From: an uncultured Actinomycetota bacterium
GTDB lineage: Bacteria; Actinomycetota; Humimicrobiia; Humimicrobiales; Humimicrobiaceae
NCBI GenBank assembly: GCA_964563645.1
Contig: CAZLXJ010000024.1
Coordinates: 72,742-136,741, forward strand
Direction: 5' to 3'
DNA: 64,000 bases
This document shows, piece by piece, positions 60,767-64,000 of this stretch. A program made the translations under genes and the position numbers. Position 1 is the first letter of the stretch; each line of letters starts with the position of its first letter. The notes beneath the pieces were generated by a model. It ran no database searches, was not told the origin of the DNA, and was given only the letters and a program-made list of their open reading frames with translations.

Positions 60767-61798
60767 ATGATAAAGACAAAATTAAAACAGGATTCTTATA
60801 ATAATAAAGTTCTTGAGGTAAAAGACCTCAAGACTTACTTTCATACTGACGCCGGTATAGTCAAGGCGGTAGATGGTGTGAGTTTTGATTTAAAAAAAGG
60901 CGAGACTCTGGGTATAGTTGGGGAGACTGGCTCAGGAAAGAGCGTCACTGCGCTTTCTATTTTAAGGCTTATACCTGAGCCGCCGGGTAAGATAATAAGC
61001 GGTAGGATACTATACAATGGCAATGACATGTTGAAATTAGATAGAAAAGAGCTTCAGAATTACAGGGGCAACAGGATTTCCATGATTTTCCAGGATCCTA
61101 TGACTTCATTAAATCCTGTTTATACTATAGGTAATCAGATAATGGAGTCGGTTATAATACACCGGAAATTAAAAAAAGAAGCTGCATTGAAAGAAGCCGT
61201 AAGGCTGCTTGAGATGGTAGGTATTTCCGAAGCCGGAAAGAGGCTCTCAAGCTACCCTCATGAGTTCAGCGGAGGAATGAGGCAGAGAGTTATGATAGCA
61301 ATGGCTATAGCCAATTCTCCCGACATATTGATTGCTGATGAACCAACTACCGCACTTGATGTGACAATACAGGCACAGATACTGGAACTTGTAAATGAAA
61401 TAAAATACAAGACTAATTCCTCCATAATCCTTATAACGCATGATCTTGGAGTTGTGGCTAAATATGCAAACAGGGTAATGGTAATGTATGCAGGTAAACC
61501 TGTCGAATTTTCAACGGTGGATAATATATTCTATAAGCCCATGCATCCATATACTCTTGGACTTATGAATTCTATAACAAGGCTTGATGAGAAAAAGCGG
61601 GGTAAGTTAAGGCCCATAAAAGGTTCACCCCCAAGCCTTATAGACCTCCCGGAGGGCTGTATCTTTAGCAACAGGTGTAAATTCTACTCAAAAGTCTGTA
61701 AAAGTAGTTTCCCTCCCCTGAGAGAAATTGATAAAGATCATTTTGTTGCCTGTCACAGGGCAGAGGAAATTTTAAAAAAGGAACAGAGAGCAACATAA
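60767..61798 (+). CDS. ABC transporter ATP-binding protein (DppD/OppD-like)
   Basis: GETGSGKS, FSGGMRQR, ILIADEPTTALD, and a C-terminal Cys-containing oligopeptide-ABC domain. Confidence 0.92.
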   Translation: MIKTKLKQDSYNNKVLEVKDLKTYFHTDAGIVKAVDGVSFDLKKGETLGIVGETGSGKSVTALSILRLIPEPPGKIISGRILYNGNDMLKLDRKELQNYRGNRISMIFQDPMTSLNPVYTIGNQIMESVIIHRKLKKEAALKEAVRLLEMVGISEAGKRLSSYPHEFSGGMRQRVMIAMAIANSPDILIADEPTTALDVTIQAQILELVNEIKYKTNSSIILITHDLGVVAKYANRVMVMYAGKPVEFSTVDNIFYKPMHPYTLGLMNSITRLDEKKRGKLRPIKGSPPSLIDLPEGCIFSNRCKFYSKVCKSSFPPLREIDKDHFVACHRAEEILKKEQRAT

Positions 61799-61805
61799 AA
61801 GTTTG

Positions 61806-62804
61806 ATGGATAATAATAAGCTGCTTGAAATAAAAAATTTAAAAAAATACTTTTACCTAAGGGCCGGCTTTATCCTGCAGAGCAATGCAGGAGTAATAAA
61901 AGCTGTGGATGATATTAGCTTTTCTATTAAAAAGGGTGAGACATTCGGTCTGGTAGGAGAGAGCGGATGCGGAAAATCTACCACAGCAAGGGTGATACTC
62001 AGGCTTATCCCGCATTCCTCGGGTTCAGTAATATATGATGGAAAAAACATTTTTGGACTGAACCATAATCAGATGTTTAAAATAAGACGGGATATCCAAA
62101 TAATATTTCAGGACCCCTATGCTTCCCTGTCTCCAAGGATGACGATAGGGGATATAGTAAGCGAGCCACTGGAGATACACCGGATAGGAAATAAGGCGAC
62201 AAGGATAAAAAGGGTCAAGGAGCTGCTGGATGTAGTGGGCTTAAACCCCGAACATTTAAACCGCTATCCGCATGAATTCAGCGGGGGCCAGAGGCAGAGG
62301 ATAGGAGTTGCAAGGGCACTTGCGCTGACTCCAAGGATTATATTATGTGATGAGCCGGTGTCAGCCCTTGATGTTTCCGTTCAGGCACAGATACTGAACT
62401 TACTGTCAGATCTACAGAAGGAATTTGACCTTACCTATCTATTTATTGCTCACGACCTTTCGGTGGTAAAGCATGTGAGTAACCGCGTAGGTGTAATGTA
62501 TCTTGGCAAGCTGGTCGAGATTGCAAACAGCGAAGATCTTTATTCAAATCCGCTGCACCCCTATACGATGGGGCTTCTTTCGGCTGTGCCTATTCCAGAT
62601 CCAGAGCTTGAAAGAAAAAGAAAAAGAATAGTGCTGGAAGGAGATGTACCAAGTCCCTTAAATCCGCCATCGGGATGTGCGTTTCATCCAAGGTGTCCAC
62701 TTGCACAGGAAATATGCAGCAGGGAGACGCCACCCCTGAAAAATTATAGCAAAGACCGGGGAGAACATTTTGCTGCATGCTTTTTTGCAGGCAAATCTAT
62801 TTGA
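61806..62804 (+). CDS. ABC transporter ATP-binding protein (DppF/OppF-like)
   Basis: GESGCGKST, FSGGQRQR, IILCDEPVSALD, and a C-terminal GCAFHPRCP...C motif. Confidence 0.92.
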   Translation: MDNNKLLEIKNLKKYFYLRAGFILQSNAGVIKAVDDISFSIKKGETFGLVGESGCGKSTTARVILRLIPHSSGSVIYDGKNIFGLNHNQMFKIRRDIQIIFQDPYASLSPRMTIGDIVSEPLEIHRIGNKATRIKRVKELLDVVGLNPEHLNRYPHEFSGGQRQRIGVARALALTPRIILCDEPVSALDVSVQAQILNLLSDLQKEFDLTYLFIAHDLSVVKHVSNRVGVMYLGKLVEIANSEDLYSNPLHPYTMGLLSAVPIPDPELERKRKRIVLEGDVPSPLNPPSGCAFHPRCPLAQEICSRETPPLKNYSKDRGEHFAACFFAGKSI

Positions 62805-62870
62805 AAAAATAAATCTAAAAAGCAGGTGCTATTAAAACTTTTCCGTTTTTTTAATAAAATAATCTTTTGT

Positions 62871-64000
62871 ATGAGTAATAAAGCAAAATACATATATATT
62901 TTTTTATCGGCGATAGTTACAGGATTTTTGCTTCTTTGCGGATGTGCATACGAAAACCTTGTTCCTGTATCTTCAGAAAGTATTGGCGAAGAGCGAGCAG
63001 ATACTGAATTGGAAAAAGTAATTAATCTCAGTGAGGAAGAAATATTCCTGGAGATGAAAGCAAGACAGGATAAAAACCCCCTCTCGGATATAAATATTAG
63101 AAAAGCTATTTTATATGCAATTGACCGGAAAAGAATAATAAACGAGCTCTTTGGTGAATATAGCAGCGTACCGGAAAGTTTATTTACAAAAGATTCGATA
63201 CTATGGCATCCTGCATGGGCTGAATACGATTTTGATCCTGACGAGGCAAAGAAATATCTGGGAAAAGCCGGGTATGGAGTTGATAATCCACTCTATCTAA
63301 CCATAAGTGCGGTCAACAATAGTGATTGTAAAGAAGCATTGGAGGGGATAATAAAAGAGAACCTGTCAGAGATTGGCATCAATTTATGGGTATCCAACAG
63401 GGCCCCAAAAGAATTCTATCAGGGTTATGTTTATACAGGAAACTACGATCTTGGGTTATGGTCTGCATATATAGCAGGTAAAGATGAATTGTGCTGCACT
63501 TTTTCTTCTAATAAAATACCTTCAATGGAAACAGAAGAAAACAAAAACTGCCAGAATTTTTACTGGTATTCAAATAAAAATGTGGATTCCCAGCTTCAAC
63601 AGCTTCAGGAACTGGCAGATATTGATGAAATAAATAAAAAAACCTCTGAAATACAGGACATGCTTGCATCAGATGCAGCATTGCTTCCGCTATACAGCAG
63701 GCTGTTTGTATTTGCTTTTAACGACAATATCAACAAAGTAAAAATTGATATAATAGGAGATAGTGTATTTTATGATGTGGAAGACTGGGAGCTTGCTTCT
63801 GAAAAAGTTTCAAGTGAAGATGAAAAGAAAGAGATAACAATAGGATATGAAGCCAGCCATATTGATATATTTAATGGATTCGACCAAAATTTTATAAGCA
63901 GGCTGCTTTTTAAAGGGTTATGGAAGGTAAATGACGACGGTTTATACGAGCCTGAACTTCTTGGAAGTTTTAATAGCCCGGAAGATAAACTTTTGGGTGT
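62871..64000 (+). CDS. Second family-5 substrate-binding lipoprotein, atypical module order, 3'-truncated by the window edge
   Basis: The ATG at 62871 opens a frame that stays open to base 64000, so it has no stop and is absent from the ORF track. Lipobox LLLCGC. See the findings for the module order. Confidence 0.7.
   Translation, partial: MSNKAKYIYIFLSAIVTGFLLLCGCAYENLVPVSSESIGEERADTELEKVINLSEEEIFLEMKARQDKNPLSDINIRKAILYAIDRKRIINELFGEYSSVPESLFTKDSILWHPAWAEYDFDPDEAKKYLGKAGYGVDNPLYLTISAVNNSDCKEALEGIIKENLSEIGINLWVSNRAPKEFYQGYVYTGNYDLGLWSAYIAGKDELCCTFSSNKIPSMETEENKNCQNFYWYSNKNVDSQLQQLQELADIDEINKKTSEIQDMLASDAALLPLYSRLFVFAFNDNINKVKIDIIGDSVFYDVEDWELASEKVSSEDEKKEITIGYEASHIDIFNGFDQNFISRLLFKGLWKVNDDGLYEPELLGSFNSPEDKLLG

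Overview
This is an AT-rich bacterial chromosomal segment made up almost entirely of housekeeping and central-metabolism genes. About 50 CDSs are nearly all on the + strand; the exceptions are ilvE, mnmA, a GltB-like gene and one tRNA-Leu.

Gene order:
- the 3' end of a RecB/Cas4-type nuclease-domain gene
- ilvE, behind a terminator-containing leader
- degV, an IscU-like::mnmA fusion, and a beta-hydroxyacid dehydrogenase
- a branched-chain amino-acid supra-operon: ilvD-ilvB-ilvN-(class V aminotransferase)-serA-leuA-leuC-leuD-cimA
- membrane pyrophosphatase hppA, larB, and an orphan PilB/GspE ATPase
- dnaE, translationally coupled to an opine-dehydrogenase-like gene and a fused B12-binding/mutase-like gene
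- hisZ-G-B-H-A-F-IE, pfkA, dapA, tRNA-Leu(CAA)
- a standalone GltB-like FMN/Fe-S protein
- polA, rpsA, coaE, uvrB-uvrA-uvrC, rapZ
- gap-pgk-tpiA-gpmI, secG
- a five-gene Opp/Dpp-type ABC transporter, followed by a second, oddly organised substrate-binding lipoprotein that runs off the window

I saw no CRISPR array, transposase, integrase, prophage or recognisable defence island, and no sign of an alternative genetic code.

The best candidate for something undescribed is the dnaE-coupled pair at 26.7-29.4 kb. It combines an opine-dehydrogenase-like gene with a single-chain MutS-like B12 domain (CxHxxG variant) joined to a GlmE-like barrel.

Secondary curiosities:
- the degenerate IscU-like domain fused to MnmA
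- a 35-nt perfect inverted repeat built from two self-palindromic 12-mers upstream of larB
- candidate cis-regulatory leaders for ilvE and the ilvD operon
- an apparently permuted or tandem family-5 SBP at the window end

All functional calls come from by-eye motif recognition. No database search or folding calculation was possible.
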